From positions 269,948,001 through 270,012,000 of the forward strand of contig OZ024741.1 of assembly GCA_964016885.1 (NCBI GenBank): 64,000 nt of DNA. Direction: 5' to 3'. Both the position numbers and the translations under genes were made by a program. This DNA comes from Eledone cirrhosa (Eukaryota). Shown here one piece after another: positions 50,901 through 63,871 of the stretch. Each line of letters begins with the position of its first letter. The first letter of the stretch is position 1. The notes under the pieces were generated by a model. The model did no database searches. It was not told where the DNA came from and saw nothing but the letters and a program-made list of their open reading frames with translations.

Positions 50901-51321
50901 TGAGAAATGGTATGAGCATAGGCCAGAGGCGGTGATGGAGAACAGTCAGGTGAAGGTGCTGTGGGATTTTAGGATACAGACGGACAAAAAACTGGAACAC
51001 AATAGACCTGACCTGGTGGTTGTGGACAAAGAAAAAAGATCGTGCCTGATTGTGGATGTGGCCTGCCCGTTCGACACGAGAGTGCAAGAGAAGGAGAGGG
51101 AGAAAATTAACCGATACCAGGACCTAAAGTGGGAGGTGAAAAGGATTTGGAACTGCCATGAAGTCAAAGTGATCCCGATTGTCATAGGCGCACTGGGGAC
51201 TATCTCCAAAGGTTTCCAGGGATGGTTAAAGAAAATCGGCCCCTTCACGCTTTTTGGAACGCTTCAAAAGGCATGCTTGCTTGGAACGGCAAGAACCCTC
51301 CGATACGTCCTGAATATCTGA
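47929..51321 (+). CDS. Intact 1130-aa R4/Dong-clade ORF (Myb-like N-terminus, RT, CCHC knuckle, RLE), family 2
   Basis: Uninterrupted ORF with [47 protein letters not shown] and RPDLV..VDVACPFD..KINRYQDL. A short 3'UTR is followed by an (AAC/AAT)n tail. Confidence 0.95.
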   Translation: METRTSCDRLSPNRCPLAQQQEPDCQPNTADVGGRRRRKGARTNWTKELNRTVMQCYLKSNPKERGYRRRMHNIWNEIGLFKLDEQKLAGQARVIRTNGWISELELEELSRENGLEMAGVVCQTSETAGNEGEEVLRTEEPPEADNDLNTEINNTWNRETATEEMNADGLGQDSVDILNLVVDELNNDSGRPMNLRFVDRKKLKETTAKVNKVIPYLEARSLHQCNNILKATANTVRKLLGIKARGNNRQERAEPWWKKRLSGQIGEMRNDIGKLESLLNGTLKNIGTKNRLEIKYKTRSKKLNIIIEELKQRIVAKSAKIRRYENRVSQYKQNRMFDNNQKMLFGQLEGKERGNDLIPGAEQAKTFWRGIWEQDVRHNAQAGWIETVQREIGEQAQQQTDLSITVETLKGQAKKLTNWKSPGPDGVQGYWIKHLTSLHPKLTAMFNDCLVSGEVPEWLTKGTTVLIMKDRIKGNDVTNYRPITCLPVMWKLLTSIVSEEIYHHLHTNNLLPDEQKGCRKKSRGTKDQLLIDKMVMGNCRRRHTDLAMGWIDYRKAFDMVPHSWITKSLEIFRVADNIRQLLGRSMGSWETELTSTGVSLGSVKIKRGIFQGDSLSPLLFVLALMPLTIMLRKVRAGYKLGRGELTINHLLFMDDLKLFGKSEKELDVLVDTVRIFSSDICMQFGIGKCGVIVMRRGRLSRSNGIQIPTGEMIKEIDSEEGYKYLGVLEADGIKNKKMKELLRTEYIRRVRSVLKSHLNSRNAISAVNSRAVSIIRYSAGILRWNVAEQKEMDRKTRKLLTIYNMFHKRSDVDRLYLRRSEGGRGLISIEDCVQMKKNNLYKYVTYSKEPMLRAVLKEGTVGQGIPKEEITSRRKSSLKGKSLHSTFFEKTEFRDPQTWNWLRRGDLKKATEGMLMAAQEQALKTKWLKHHIYKEEASPLCRICGEREETVAHIVSECKHLAQTHYKGWRHDVMGRVIHWHLCKVNNLPHSEKWYEHRPEAVMENSQVKVLWDFRIQTDKKLEHNRPDLVVVDKEKRSCLIVDVACPFDTRVQEKEREKINRYQDLKWEVKRIWNCHEVKVIPIVIGALGTISKGFQGWLKKIGPFTLFGTLQKACLLGTARTLRYVLNI

Positions 51322-51407
51322 GGCTGCAGGTAGTGGCTTGATATTCAATCCAACGGACTTTCCAGTTAACCAACATCAATGACTGAGATTCAAGGAATAA
51401 CAATAAC

Positions 51408-51443
<36 letters not shown>

Positions 51444-51447
<4 letters not shown>

Positions 51448-52036
51448 CCTAGCCCAGACCCACTATAAGGGCTGGAGACACGATGTGATGGGCAGGGTGA
51501 TCCACTGGCACCTGTGCAAAGTAAACAATTTACCACATTCTGAGAAATGGTATGAGCATAGGCCAGAGGCGGTGATGGAGAACAATCAGGTGAAGGTGCT
51601 GTGGGATTTTAGGATACAGACGGACAAAAAACTGGAACACAATAGACCTGACCTGGTGGTTGTGGACAAAGAAAAAAGATCGTGCCTGATTGTGGATGTG
51701 GCCTGCCCGTTCGACACGAGAGTGCAAGAGAAGGAGAGGGAGAAAATTAACCGATACCAGGACCTAAAGTGGGAGGTGAAAAGGATTTGGAACTGCCATG
51801 AAGTCAAAGTGATCCCGATTGTCATAGGCGCACTGGGGACTATCTCCAAAAGTTTCCAGGGATGGTTAAAGAAAATCGGCCCCTTCACGCTTTTTGGAAC
51901 GCTTCAAAAGGCATGCTTGCTTGGAACAGCAAGAACCCTCCGATACGTCCTGAATATCTGAGGCGGCAGGTAGTGGCTTGATATTCAATCCAACGGACTT
52001 TCCAGTTAACCAACATCAATGACTGAGATTCAAGGA
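51444..52036 (+). mobile_element. 5'-truncated R4/Dong family 2 copy (RLE plus 3'UTR)
   Basis: Matches 50804-51396 with about five substitutions by eye; (AAT)n lies on both sides. Confidence 0.92.
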
Positions 52037-52099
52037 ATAACAACAATAATAATAATAATAATAATAATAATATTAATAATAATAATAATAATAATAATA

Positions 52100-55000
52100 A
52101 TGCATAACATCTGGAACGAGAGTGGTCTATTTAAATTAGATGAACAAAAATTGGCCGGGCAGGCTCGGGTAATAAGAACTAATGGGTGGATAAGCGAGCT
52201 GGAACTGGAGGAACTGAGCAGAGAGATTAGCTTGGAGATGGAGAGTGGAGTATGCCAGGTAAACAAGCCAGTGGGAAATGAAGGTGAAGAGGTCGAGAGA
52301 ACGGAAGAACCACCCGAAGCAGATAATGATCTGAATGCTGAAATAAATAATACCTGGAACAGAGATACGGCCACTGACGGGCTAGGACAAGATTTGGTTG
52401 ATATCCTAAACTTAGTGGTAGATGAATTGAACAATGATAGTGGGAAACCTATGAACCTAAGATTTGTAGACAGGAAAAAGTTAAAAGAAACAACAGCTAA
52501 GGTAAACAAAGTCATCCCATACCTTGAGGCGAGGAGCCTTCACCAGTGCAACAATATCCTCAAAGCAACAGCAAATACGGTGAGGAAATTATTTGGTATA
52601 AAAGCGAGAGGAAACAACAAACAAGAAAGATCAGAGCCTTGGTGGAAGAAACGACTGAGTGGTCAAATCAGGGAAATGAGAAATGACATTGGAAAGCTTG
52701 AGTCCCTACTGAATGGGACACTAAAAAACATAGACACTAAAAATAGACTGGAAATAAAGTACAAAACTAGGAGGAAAAAGCTAAATATTATCATAGAGAA
52801 ACTGAAGCAACGCATTGTAGCAAAGAGTGCAAAAATCAGGCGATACGAGAACAGAGTCAGTCAGTATAGACAGAACCGCATGTTCGACAACAACCAGAAG
52901 ATGCTGTTTGGACAGCTTGAAGGGAAAGAAAGAGGCAACGACTTGATCCCTGAGGCGGAACAAACTAAAACATTCTGGAAAGGAATATGGGAGCAGGATG
53001 TTAAACATAATGACCAGGCAATGTGGATTGAAACAGTACAGAAGGAGATTAGTGAACAGGCACACCAACAAACTGATTTGAGTATCACAGTTGAAACTCT
53101 TAAGGGGCAGGCCAAAAAACTAACCAACTGGAAATCACCAGGCCCAGATGGTGTGCAGGCGTATTGGATTAAAAATATAACATCCCTCCACCCGAAACTG
53201 ACAACCATGTTCAATGACTGCTTGATGTCAGGTGAGGTACCAGAGTGGTTGACAAAAGGTACCACAGTTCTGATAATGAAAGACCGAATCAAGGGTATTG
53301 ATGTTACCAACTATAGCCCTATCACATGTCTGTCCGTAATGTGGAAACTGGTTGACAAGCATTATGTCTGAGGAAATCTACCATCACCTCCACACAAACA
53401 ACTTGTTACCGGACGAACAGAAAAGATGCCGAAAGAAGTCCCGTGGTACAAAGGACCAGTTACTTATTGATAAGATGGTAATGAGGAATTGCAAGAGGAG
53501 ACACACTGGTCTTGCCATGGGATGGATACACTACAAAAAGGCATTTGACATGGTGCCTCATTCCTGGATCACCAAAAGCCTGGAGATCTTCAGGGTGGCA
53601 GATAACATCAGACAGTTGTTGGGCAAAAGTATGAAGTCCTGGGAAACAGAGTTAACATCAGCTGGAGAATCCTTGGGAAGCGTGAAGATCAAGAGAGGTA
53701 TCTTCCAGGGAGATAGTCTGTCCCCTCTGTTGTTTGTCCTTGCCCTGATGCCCCTGAGCAGTGTACTGCGAAAAGTGAGAGCAGGATACAGGTTGGGAAA
53801 AGGAGGGCTTACCATCAATCACCTCCTCTTCATGGACGATCTTAAGCTCTTCGGGAAGAGTGAGAAGGAGTTGGATGTGCTTGTTGACACTGTACGTATT
53901 TTCAGCAATGATATATGTATGCAATTTGGTATTAGTAAGTGTGGAGTCCTTGTGATGAAGAGGGGTAAATTGAGCAGAAGTAACGGAATCCAGGTACCAA
54001 CAGGTGAGATGATAAAGGAAATTGACACTGAAGAAGGATACAAGTATTTGGTGTTCTGGAGGCTGATGACATCAAGAACAAAAAAATGAAGGAATTGATA
54101 AGAACTGAATACATTCGGAGAGTAAGGAGCGTATTAAAGTCACATCTGAACAGTAGGAATGCCATAAGTGCAGTAAATTCCCGAGCTGTGTCTATTATTA
54201 GGTACAGTGCGGGAATTCTGAGATGGAATGTTGCTGAACGAAAAGAAATGGATAGGAATAATAGGAAGCTATTGACTATCTACAACATGTTCCACAAGAG
54301 GAGTGATGTCGATAGACTCTACTTAAGGAGATCTGAAGGTGGAAGAGGTCTTATCAGCATAGAGGACTGTGTTCAGATGGAGAAAAACAACCTACACAAA
54401 TACGTGACTGATAGTAAGGAGCCAATGCTCAGAACTGTACTGAAGGAGGGGACAATAGACCAGGGGATTCCAAGGAGGAAATAACATCAAGGAGAAAGAG
54501 CAGCCTTCAGGAAAAATCCCTTCAAAGTACCTTCTTTGAGAAAACTGAATTCAGAGATCCACAGACATGGAACTGGTTAAAAAGAGGAGACCTTAAAAAG
54601 GCTACAGAAGGAATGTTAATGGCTGCGCAGGAGCAGGCCCTCAAAACGAAGTGGTTGAAACACCATATTTACAAGGAGGAGGCTAGCCCACTGTGCAGGA
54701 TCTGTGGAGGGAGAGAGGAGACTGTGGCTCACATTGTATCCGAGTGTAAACACCTAGCCAAGACTCACTATAAGGGTTGGAGACATGATGTGATGGGCAG
54801 GGTGATCCACTGGCACCTATGCAAAGTAAACAATTCACCACATTCTGAGAAGTGGTATGAGCATAAGCCAGAGTCGGTGATAGAAAACGATCAGGTGAAG
54901 GTGCTGTGGGATTTTAGGATACAGACGGACAAGAAACTGGAACACAATAGACCTGACCTGGTGGTTTTGGACAAAGAAAAAAGATCGTGCCTGATTGTGG

Positions 55001-55340
55001 ATGTGGCCTGCCCATTCGACACGAGAGTGCAAGAGAAGGAGAGGGAGAAAATTAACCGATACCAGGACTTAAAGTGGGAGGTGAAAAGGATTTGGAACTG
55101 CCATGAAGTCAAAGTGGTCTCGATTGTCATAGGCGCACTAGGGACTATCTCAAAATGTTTCCAGGGATAGTTAAAGAAAATTGGCCCATTCACGCTTTTT
55201 GGAACGCTTCAAAAGGCATGCTTGCTGGGAACAGCAAGAACCCACCTATACGTCCTGAATATCTGAGGCTGCAGGTAGTGGCTTGATATTCATTTCAACA
55301 AACTTTCCAGTCAACTAACATCAATGACTGAGACTCAAAG
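52100..55340 (+). mobile_element. Older 5'-truncated R4/Dong family 2 copy (frameshifts, 15-bp deletion, premature stop)
   Basis: Colinear with 48139-51396, followed by an (AAT/AAC)n tail at 55341-55409. Confidence 0.92.
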
Positions 55341-55407
55341 AATAATAATAATAATAACAACAATAATAACAACAACAATAATAATAACAACAACAACAAT
55401 AATAATA

Positions 55408-55570
55408 ATTGTTTCTACTTTTGGCACAAGGCCAGCAATTATTCCAGTACATTACTGGTACTTTATTTTATCGACCCCGTAAGGATGAAAAGCAAAGTTA
55501 ACCTTGGCTGGATTTGAACTCAGACCATAAAGGGCCGTAACTCTTTGCTGCAAAGCATGTCGTCCGACCC
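55408..55570 (-). mobile_element. SINE family A lying tail-to-tail with the Dong array
   Basis: Central block and 3' end motifs. Confidence 0.85.
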
Positions 55571-55589
55571 TAATAATATACATATATAT

Positions 55590-55901
55590 ATATATATACA
55601 CACACACACATAAACATATCTACACACACACACGATGGCAATTAACAGCGCTGCGATCGAATGTGGCTTTTTAGCCCAGCCAATGATCTAAAATGTCTTG
55701 CACAGAGTTGGCAACCAAAACATTCACTGGGAATAGCCGGCTGTGGTTGGAGTTCATGTACTTTTGCATGTCGTTTGAGCCCTCCTGCTGATTTACATTC
55801 TCTACCACATGCGAGACTCTGCCAAAGCTGGACTGGAAAGTAATTTCACAATCATAAAATAAGACCAGTGGTTGACTACCAGGCTGCTGTTGGAGATGCT
55901 A
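55590..55901 (-). mobile_element. Short RTE 3' copy with a 5' inversion
   Basis: 55610-55811 is colinear with 56667-56869, and 55812-55901 is the reverse complement of about 56887-56983. Confidence 0.8.
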
Positions 55902-56239
55902 CATGCATACATAGAGGCATACATACATGCATACCTACACACATGCATATATACATACATATATACATGATGATGATGGCTGCCCCCTCGTTATCGAGTA
56001 TGGCCATTGCACGAGGAAAAAAAATTAATAAATAAATAAAAAAGAAATAAAAATAAAATAAAATAAATATATATTTTTTTCTTATATCAAAGTTTAATGG
56101 GCTTCCACTAAAGATTTATAAGTGCCCACCTAAATATATTCTTACATGAATATATGTTAGGCTTCTACATAAACTGGAAACATTCTCCCAATGTGTAGAA
56201 AACTTATAATGAAACAATTGTTTGGAAAGAGGGATATAT

Positions 56240-56396
56240 TTTAACTTTAATTATATCTCATAAAATAATACAACTGGCTTTCCACAAAATACATATAGTT
56301 AGCACCCCAAACATTTAAATTGGGTTTATACTAACATATAACCTAATGTTTGTTGAGTGAGATGGTTACCAGTCGGAGTTTAGCTTTAAGCTATCT
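56240..56396. repeat. About 157-bp dispersed repeat, also at 61368-61524
   Basis: tttaactttaattatatctcataaaataatacaactgg...gagtttagctttaa.ctatct is present at both sites; the family is unknown. Confidence 0.8.
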
Positions 56397-56402
56397 TGTA
56401 TT

Positions 56403-56528
<126 letters not shown>

Positions 56529-56699
56529 TATACATACATACATATACATATATATACACACATATACATTAATAACAATAATAATAATAATAATAATAAC
56601 AACAATAATAATAATGACAACAACAATAATAATATACATATATATATACACATACACGCACACACATAAACATATCTATACACACACACACGATAGCAA

Positions 56700-59600
56700 T
56701 TAACAGCGCTGCGATCGAATGTGGCTTTTTAGCCCAGCCAATGATCTAAAATGTCTTGCACAGAGTCGGCAACCAAAACATTCACTGGAAATAGTCGGCT
56801 GTGGTTGGAGTTCGTGTACTTTTGCATGTCGCTTGAGCCCTCCTGCTGATTTACATTCTCTACCACATGTTTGGCAAGCATGATGAGTAGCATCTCCAAC
56901 AGCAGCCTGGTAGTCAACCACTGGTCTTACTTTATCACTGCGAAGATGACTTTCGAGTCCAGCTTTGCTTAGGCAGAGTCTCGCACAGACGCTGCATGTC
57001 AGCACCATAGGAGGACCCTCGCCGTCTGGAAGTGCAACAGCAATGCCCTTCCTCCAATCCCGCTTTACTTTCTCGTATGCGATTCGAGATGGCTCAAAGG
57101 CAACTTTTCCCTCATATACAGTCTTTCTCCATTTATTACGATCAGCAGCAATATTTTCCCATGTATCAGCAGAGATGTTAGCGTCTTTCAGAGATGCTTT
57201 CAAGGAATCCTTATACCTCTTTTTTGGTTTATGTGGCGGTCGTTTTCCTTTAACCAACTCTCCATAAAAGAGTTTTTTGGGGTATTATAGAATCCTTCAT
57301 CTTGGCATGGTGACCACTCCAACGGAGTCGTTGCTTAATCACAAGAGCTTCTATACTGTCACACATAGAGCTTTCCAAAATCTCGACATCACTGATGTGG
57401 TCCCTCCAGTGAACGCCATGGATCCGTTTGAGACACATCTGATGGAAACGCTCCAATTGCTTAAGGTGGTGTCGATATGTGACCCAAGTCTCGCAGGAAT
57501 AAAGAAGACAAGAGGGCACACATGCCCTGTACACCTTTACCTGTGTCCTCCTGCATATGTCTCGCCGACCCCAGAGTCGCCTTTCTAGCTTTCCGAAAGC
57601 ATCACTTGCTTTCCTAATCCTAAGTGAGATTTCACTGTCAAGGTTGCTGTATCGATTGACAGTGCTTCCCAGGTAGACAAACTGATCAACCACTCCAAGT
57701 CGTTTGCCATACACATAGATCTTTGGTTCAGTGTACTGCTTACTAGGGGCAGGTTGGTACATGACGACGGTTTTCTTGAGACTGACAGTCAGACCTAGGG
57801 CAGTGCAAGCGTCAGAAAATGCATTCAAAATGTGCTGCATATCACTCTCTGTGTGCGCTACAAGATCGCAATCATCTGCATACAAGAGGTCTCTTATGAT
57901 TGATGTAAACACCTTTGTCTTCGCAGCAAAGAGCCTGATGTTAAATATGCTGCCTGAGGTTCGATATCGGATGTAAACACCATGCTCGCAATTCCTGAAT
58001 GCAATACAGAAAACCATTGCAAGGTATATGGCAAACAGAGTCGGTGCTGGAATATCCCCCTGTTTCACTCCATTTTTTACTGAGATAGGCTCCGACATGT
58101 TACCCCCGACATTAACCCAAGCCCTCATGTCGTCATGGAAAGACCTAACTAAAGTTTCTGGAGAACCTTCCATAATGCATCTCTGTTAACAGTATCGAAA
58201 GCTTTTGTCAGATCGACAAAAACCTGATACAGATCCAAGCCTTGTTCCATGCACTTCTCCTGGAACTGTCTAGCTGAGAAGATCATATCAGTAGTGCCGC
58301 GTCCAGCACGAAAACCAGATTGACTTTCAGGAAGAACACAATCTGCAATGTGTGTCAGCAGACGGTCCAGAAGCACCCTACATAAAACTTTCCCTACGAC
58401 ATAAAGCAATGATATACCTCTGTAGTTCCCACAATCGTTCCTGTTACCCATTCCCTTGTACAAGACCATCATTACTGCATCTCTCCAGTCCTCAGGTACG
58501 GATTCATTAGCCCATATTCTGCCAAACAAAGAGTGAAGATGTTGCAGGAGTCTCTCACCACCATATTGTAGGAGCTCAGCATGTATGCCATCCATACCTG
58601 GAGATCTTCCACTGTTCAGCTTCGAAATAGCCACTGCAGCCTCCACAAGCGTCGGAGGTTCTGCGAGAGCTACTTTCACAGGACTTTCTGGAATGAGATT
58701 GAGGAAATCTTCACTGACGACAGACGGCTGATTCAAAAGATCATCAAAGTGCTCTCGCCACCTTCGTAGAATTCCTTGTGAGTCACGAAGAAGTTCTTTG
58801 CCATCCTTGCTGCGAAGCGGTGTCACCAGAGAAGAAGACGGTCCATAAACCTCACGCAAGAGACTGTACAACAGCTTTGTGTTATTGGAATCAGACGCAG
58901 TTTGTATCTCACCAGCCTTCTCACTCCACTACTGATCCTTCATCTGAGAAAGACTCCGCCTAACACGTGATTTTACATCCCTGAGTTCCTCATGCAACGT
59001 ATTCCTCTCCTGTGGTTTTGCCGTCAAGTAGCGTGACAGAGCACGCCTCTTATCAGCCAACAAGTTCTCTATATGTACATCATTCTCATCAAACCAGTCC
59101 TGATGTTTCCTCTGCGCCAATCCCAGAACACGCCTGTCTACATCATAAACCGACTTTTTAAGGGTCGGCCAATCATCACCAAGATCTGCAGCCTGCATCT
59201 CTTCTTCCAATGTCCTCTTCACATTTTTATCCTTAAGACGAGCAGCATTCAATCTTTTGGGCAGGGCAACACCAGGAGCCCGGATTTTACGTTTAGTCAT
59301 TAGTTTCACTTTTGCGCGTACCAGGCGGTGGTCCGTCCAGCACTCAGCTCCACGAAGAACACGAACACACTGCACATCCTGTCTGTCGCGCATCCTGACT
59401 AGGACGTAGTCCAAAAGATGCCATTCCTTAGATGCAGGATGCATCCATGTGGTCTTGAATTTGTTCTTTTGTTGGAACATGGTGTTGGTAACACACAGAT
59501 CCAGCTCCTCACACATCTGCAGCAGGAGCATACCATTGCTGTTACACTTCCCCACCCCATGCCTTCCGATTACATTCCATGTGTTAAAATCGCTACCCAC

Positions 59601-60221
59601 TCTAGCATTAAAGTCACCAAGCACGATGACTTTGTCTGCCTGGGGGATATTTCTTAAAACACCTTTCAAGGCATGGTAAAAGGACACCTTTTCCTCATCG
59701 ACAGAACTCATAGTTGGAGCATACACACTCACCAGGGTAGCATATCTTCCCTTGTCCAGCGGAACTCTCATGGACATAAGACGCTCACTAATCCCTACTG
59801 GGAATTCTTCTAATTTGTTCACAAGCACAGTCTTAACAACAAATCCTACCCCAGCCTCTCTTCTGGTTCCTTCATCTCTTCCTTTCCAGAAGAATGTATA
59901 TTCTCCACAAAATTCCGTAAGATGACCATCTCCAGCTAGCCTCGTCTCAGATAAAGCCACGATGTCAAGATCGTAACGTCGAAGCTCCTTTGCAACAAGA
60001 GCGGTCCTTCGTTCAGGACGCCCCAAGGAATCCCTGTCAAGCAGCATCCGTACGTTCTAGCAGCCAAGAATAAATGCCTTGTTTGGCTCTATTACAATGG
60101 CACGATGACGAGCGGGCCCAGGCTGTGATAACCTGGGGCCCCTGCCCTTATTTTTAATGATCTTTTTTGTTCCAGAACCTAAATTGCCAATTATCTCTTT
60201 TATATTGTTCTGGAACATCAT
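56700..60221 (-). pseudogene. RTE ORF: APE, RT and three C-terminal C2H2-like fingers (disrupted)
   Basis: NVRMLLD..RPERRTALVAKEL, SETRL, GDFNARVG, HLLDYVL, WTDHRLV, NYRGISLL, GVKQGD, LLYADD and QRLRWSGH. The fingers are of the form CxxC..KAGL.SH, three times. Confidence 0.92.
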
Positions 60222-60724
60222 TGAATTGGAAAAAAAAAAAAAAGAAAAAAAAAAGTAATAATAATAGTAATAATAAAAATAATAATAATAATAGTACACT
60301 ATTAATAATTATTAATGCACTCGTGCAATGCCTGTGCGTGACGAATATTTTTAAAGTGAGGAAAGACTGTGCACTGAGCCAATCCCACTCTCTGAGCGAC
60401 AGTAGCTATAACCCGAAAAGAAAAGATCAACACCATCGGTAACTACTGAGCCGCAGGTTTTATGTCGGAGTTAACCCAGTTTCCCGAGATGCCTTCTCCT
60501 AGAAGAATGCCCTGACAAGGGCTAGGGGTTCTTCACTCCCAGTAGTTTAACTGCGCGATCGGGCATCCAGCCCGATTATTTCTATGTCCCCGCGCAAAAA
60601 AAAAAAAAAAAGAAATCACTTATTGACACTTATACATACGACATACACACACACGCATACATATGCGCGCACACAACAACACTCATACATACAAACAAAC
60701 ACACACACGCTACTCTACTCACTT

Positions 60725-60756
<32 letters not shown>

Positions 60757-60859
60757 TACCGTCATTACTGATACAAGATTACAAGATTATGTCAACTGTT
60801 GACTTTCAAGAGTTTGTATAGTTGAAGCCGATCGTACTACAGTCCAGTATTATTATAAT

Positions 60860-61016
60860 TGCTTTACAGCATAGAGTTACGGCTCTCCACGCTCTGAGCT
60901 CAAATCCCGCCGAGGTCAACCTTGCCGTTCATCCCCACGGAGTCAACAAAAGAGAGTACCAGTGATGCGCTGGGCCAGTCGCTGGATCCGTGCCAAAAGC
61001 AGAAAAATTATTATTA
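60860..61016 (+). mobile_element. Degenerate SINE family A
   Basis: ctgagctcaaatcccgccgaggtcaac...gtgccaaaagcagaaaaattattatt. Confidence 0.75.
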
Positions 61017-62132
61017 AAGTTGTTTTCTTAAGGCCCGGTCGCTGGTGATGGTGATGGCGGCGGCGGTAGTGGTGGTGGTGGCAGTTGATGTTGTTGTGTT
61101 GTGTGCGTGTGTGTGTGTGTGTTTTGTTATTTTGAGTTTTTTTTTGTTTTTTTTTTAAATCTTTTGATGCCGCTGTTGTTGTTGTTGTAAATGTTCATTT
61201 CAGTTCATTCTGAAGCTGTTGTTGCTGTAAACATTATTGCCGGTGTTGTTGTAGATGTTGGGGTTGAAATCTGGTCGTTTGACTGAGTGATGTATATACA
61301 CACATATACATACATATATATATACATACATATATATATATATATACATACATATATATAGATATCCTTTAACTTTAATTATATCTCATAAAATAATACA
61401 ACTGGTTTTTCCACATTATACATATTGTTAGCACCCCAAACACTTAAATTGGGTTTATATTTTAATATAACCTAATGTTTGTTGAGTGAGATGGTTACCA
61501 GTCAGAGTTTAGCTTTAAACTATCTCTGTTATTGTATTACATTCAACAGAGAGTAAAGAGTTTGACAACAGGTCGATGACTTTAGTCTAGATAGGGTAAT
61601 GACATGTGATGGTGGGGAGAGAGTGTAGAAGTTATAGTGGTGGCGGGGGACAGTGCTATGTATCTAGTTCATTTGACCGTTTTCTTCTCTTTGCAAAATT
61701 TGAATTTTAGCCATGTTATATTGAGATGTAAGTAAATGTAAAATGTAAAATATAAATAAGGATTGCTCTGCTAAAATATACTAAAATATTTGTGTAACTT
61801 CCACAAACTTCTGTCGTGACATTCCCGAGTCCAGTGACCAACAAATTGTTGTATGTTGATGTTTCAGAATACAAAAATTAATTAAAAACTTACCCCACGA
61901 AAAGACAGAGTGTGTTGTCCTATCTATAAGCTCCCTCATACATACATACATACATACATACATACATACATACATACATACATACATACATACATACATG
62001 ATAGAACTGCTATACTATAGGAATATAGGTGTTCTCATATAGTAGTTCGACACATTAGGAAAATATACCCTGCTAACTCTAATTCTATAGCTGCCTCCAT
62101 CGTCTTAGTTTATGTCTTTCTCTTTCTCTCTC

Positions 62133-62194
<62 letters not shown>

Positions 62195-62345
62195 TCTCTC
62201 TCTCTCTCTCACTCACTCTTTCTCTTTCTTTTTCTCTCTTTCCCTATCCCTCTCTCTCCCTCGCTCTCTCTCGCTCTATCTATCTATCTCCCCTTCTCTC
62301 TGTCCCAACCTCACTCTCCCCCCTCTCTCTCTCTCTCTATCTGGT

Positions 62346-62378
<33 letters not shown>

Positions 62379-62477
62379 CTTTATCTATATATCTCCTTCT
62401 CGCTCTCTCTCTCTCTCTATCTCTATCTCTCTATCTATCTATATATATCTCTCTATCTCTCTATATATCTATCTATC

Positions 62478-63443
62478 CATCTATGCGATACATCATAGAG
62501 AGGGTAGGGTGTAAACCCGGCTTCGGTGGGGCCCTGATCAACTTGGATCAGTCTAAGGCTTTCGATAGGGTTGACCATCGTTACCTAGATGCGGTGCTCG
62601 AGGCGGCATGCTTCGGACCCGTGGTCAGAGGCTGGATTGCTGCAATGCACAACAGCAACATCTGCTCAAGGGTCAAGGTGAACGGCTACCTCTCAGAGCC
62701 GTTCCCTCTCTCCTCCCTTCTGTACGTACTGACTCTCGAGCCACTACTGCGGAAGTTGGAGCTATTGCAGGGCATCCCTCTGGAACCGGGACTGCGGAAA
62801 GCGGCGTCGGCCTACGATGTAACAGTAATGGTGTCGAGCACCTCGCAAATCAAGGAAGTCGGCACCTTACTGAAGGAATACGAAAGGTTCATAGGAGCGA
62901 AGCTGAACCGTGACAAGTCCGTCGGTTTGCAACTCAGATCGTGGAGAGGCAAACCGATGCCTTCCGATGGCGTCGTCGGACGCTGGACGGAATGACCGGT
63001 AAAGCTGCTCGGGGTCTAGTTTGGTCGGGACCTCCAGAGAAGAACTGGATGGAGGTGACGGCCAAGGTGTTTGCACTCACCCAGAAGTGGGCCGAGTGAA
63101 AACTATCCTTGAAAGGTCGATCGGAGGTGGCGAACACTTTTATAGCGTCCGTCATCTACTACCGCTTGACCGTCGTGCCTTGTCCAGCCAAAACGCTCAC
63201 CAAAATGGAGCGTGCGATCTTCCAATTCCTTTGGAAGAAACGGGCTCCTTTGGTGAGAAGATCCATCTGCTGCCAACACTCTTCCAACGGAGGGCTGGAG
63301 ATGCCGTGGCTGACGATGCGCAAATACGCGCTCAGGCTGTGGCACCTCCACATATTCCTCACCGGAAAACCGGTGTGGGCCCCGTTCGTGAGGCGAGCCT
63401 TCCCATGACTCGTCTCGCTGACCGGGCTGCAGTTCTGGATCAA
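62478..63443 (+). pseudogene. Internal RT fragment of a second, diverged Tx1 family
   Basis: HLCDT/MRYIIERV..LINLDQSKAFDRVDH..LLYVLTLEPLL..KSVGLQL..GRSEVANTFIASVIYYRL..RRSICCQH is homologous to 38050-39040. Microsatellites flank it. Confidence 0.9.
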
Positions 63444-63575
63444 TTTTGTGCATGCATATGTATACATTTATGTATGTGTATGTATGTACGTGTGTATATA
63501 GGTATGATTGTGTGTATGTATGTATGTATGTATATGTATGTGTGTGTGTATGGCTATGTATGTGTATGTGTACGC

Positions 63576-63665
<90 letters not shown>

Positions 63666-63836
63666 TTCTATATATATATATATGTGTGTATATATGTATG
63701 TGTGGTTGTATATATGTATGTGTATGGATATGTTGATACTTATGTGTGTATATATGTATGTGTATATGTATGTGTATGTGTGTGTTTATATATACACACA
63801 TGTATGTATATGTGTGTGTGTATGTATGAGTGTATG

Positions 63837-63871
<35 letters not shown>

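Noticed and set aside
56700-57257. Stand-alone C2H2 zinc-finger gene
   Set aside because: It is the frameshifted C-terminus of the RTE ORF and is contiguous with the RT region.
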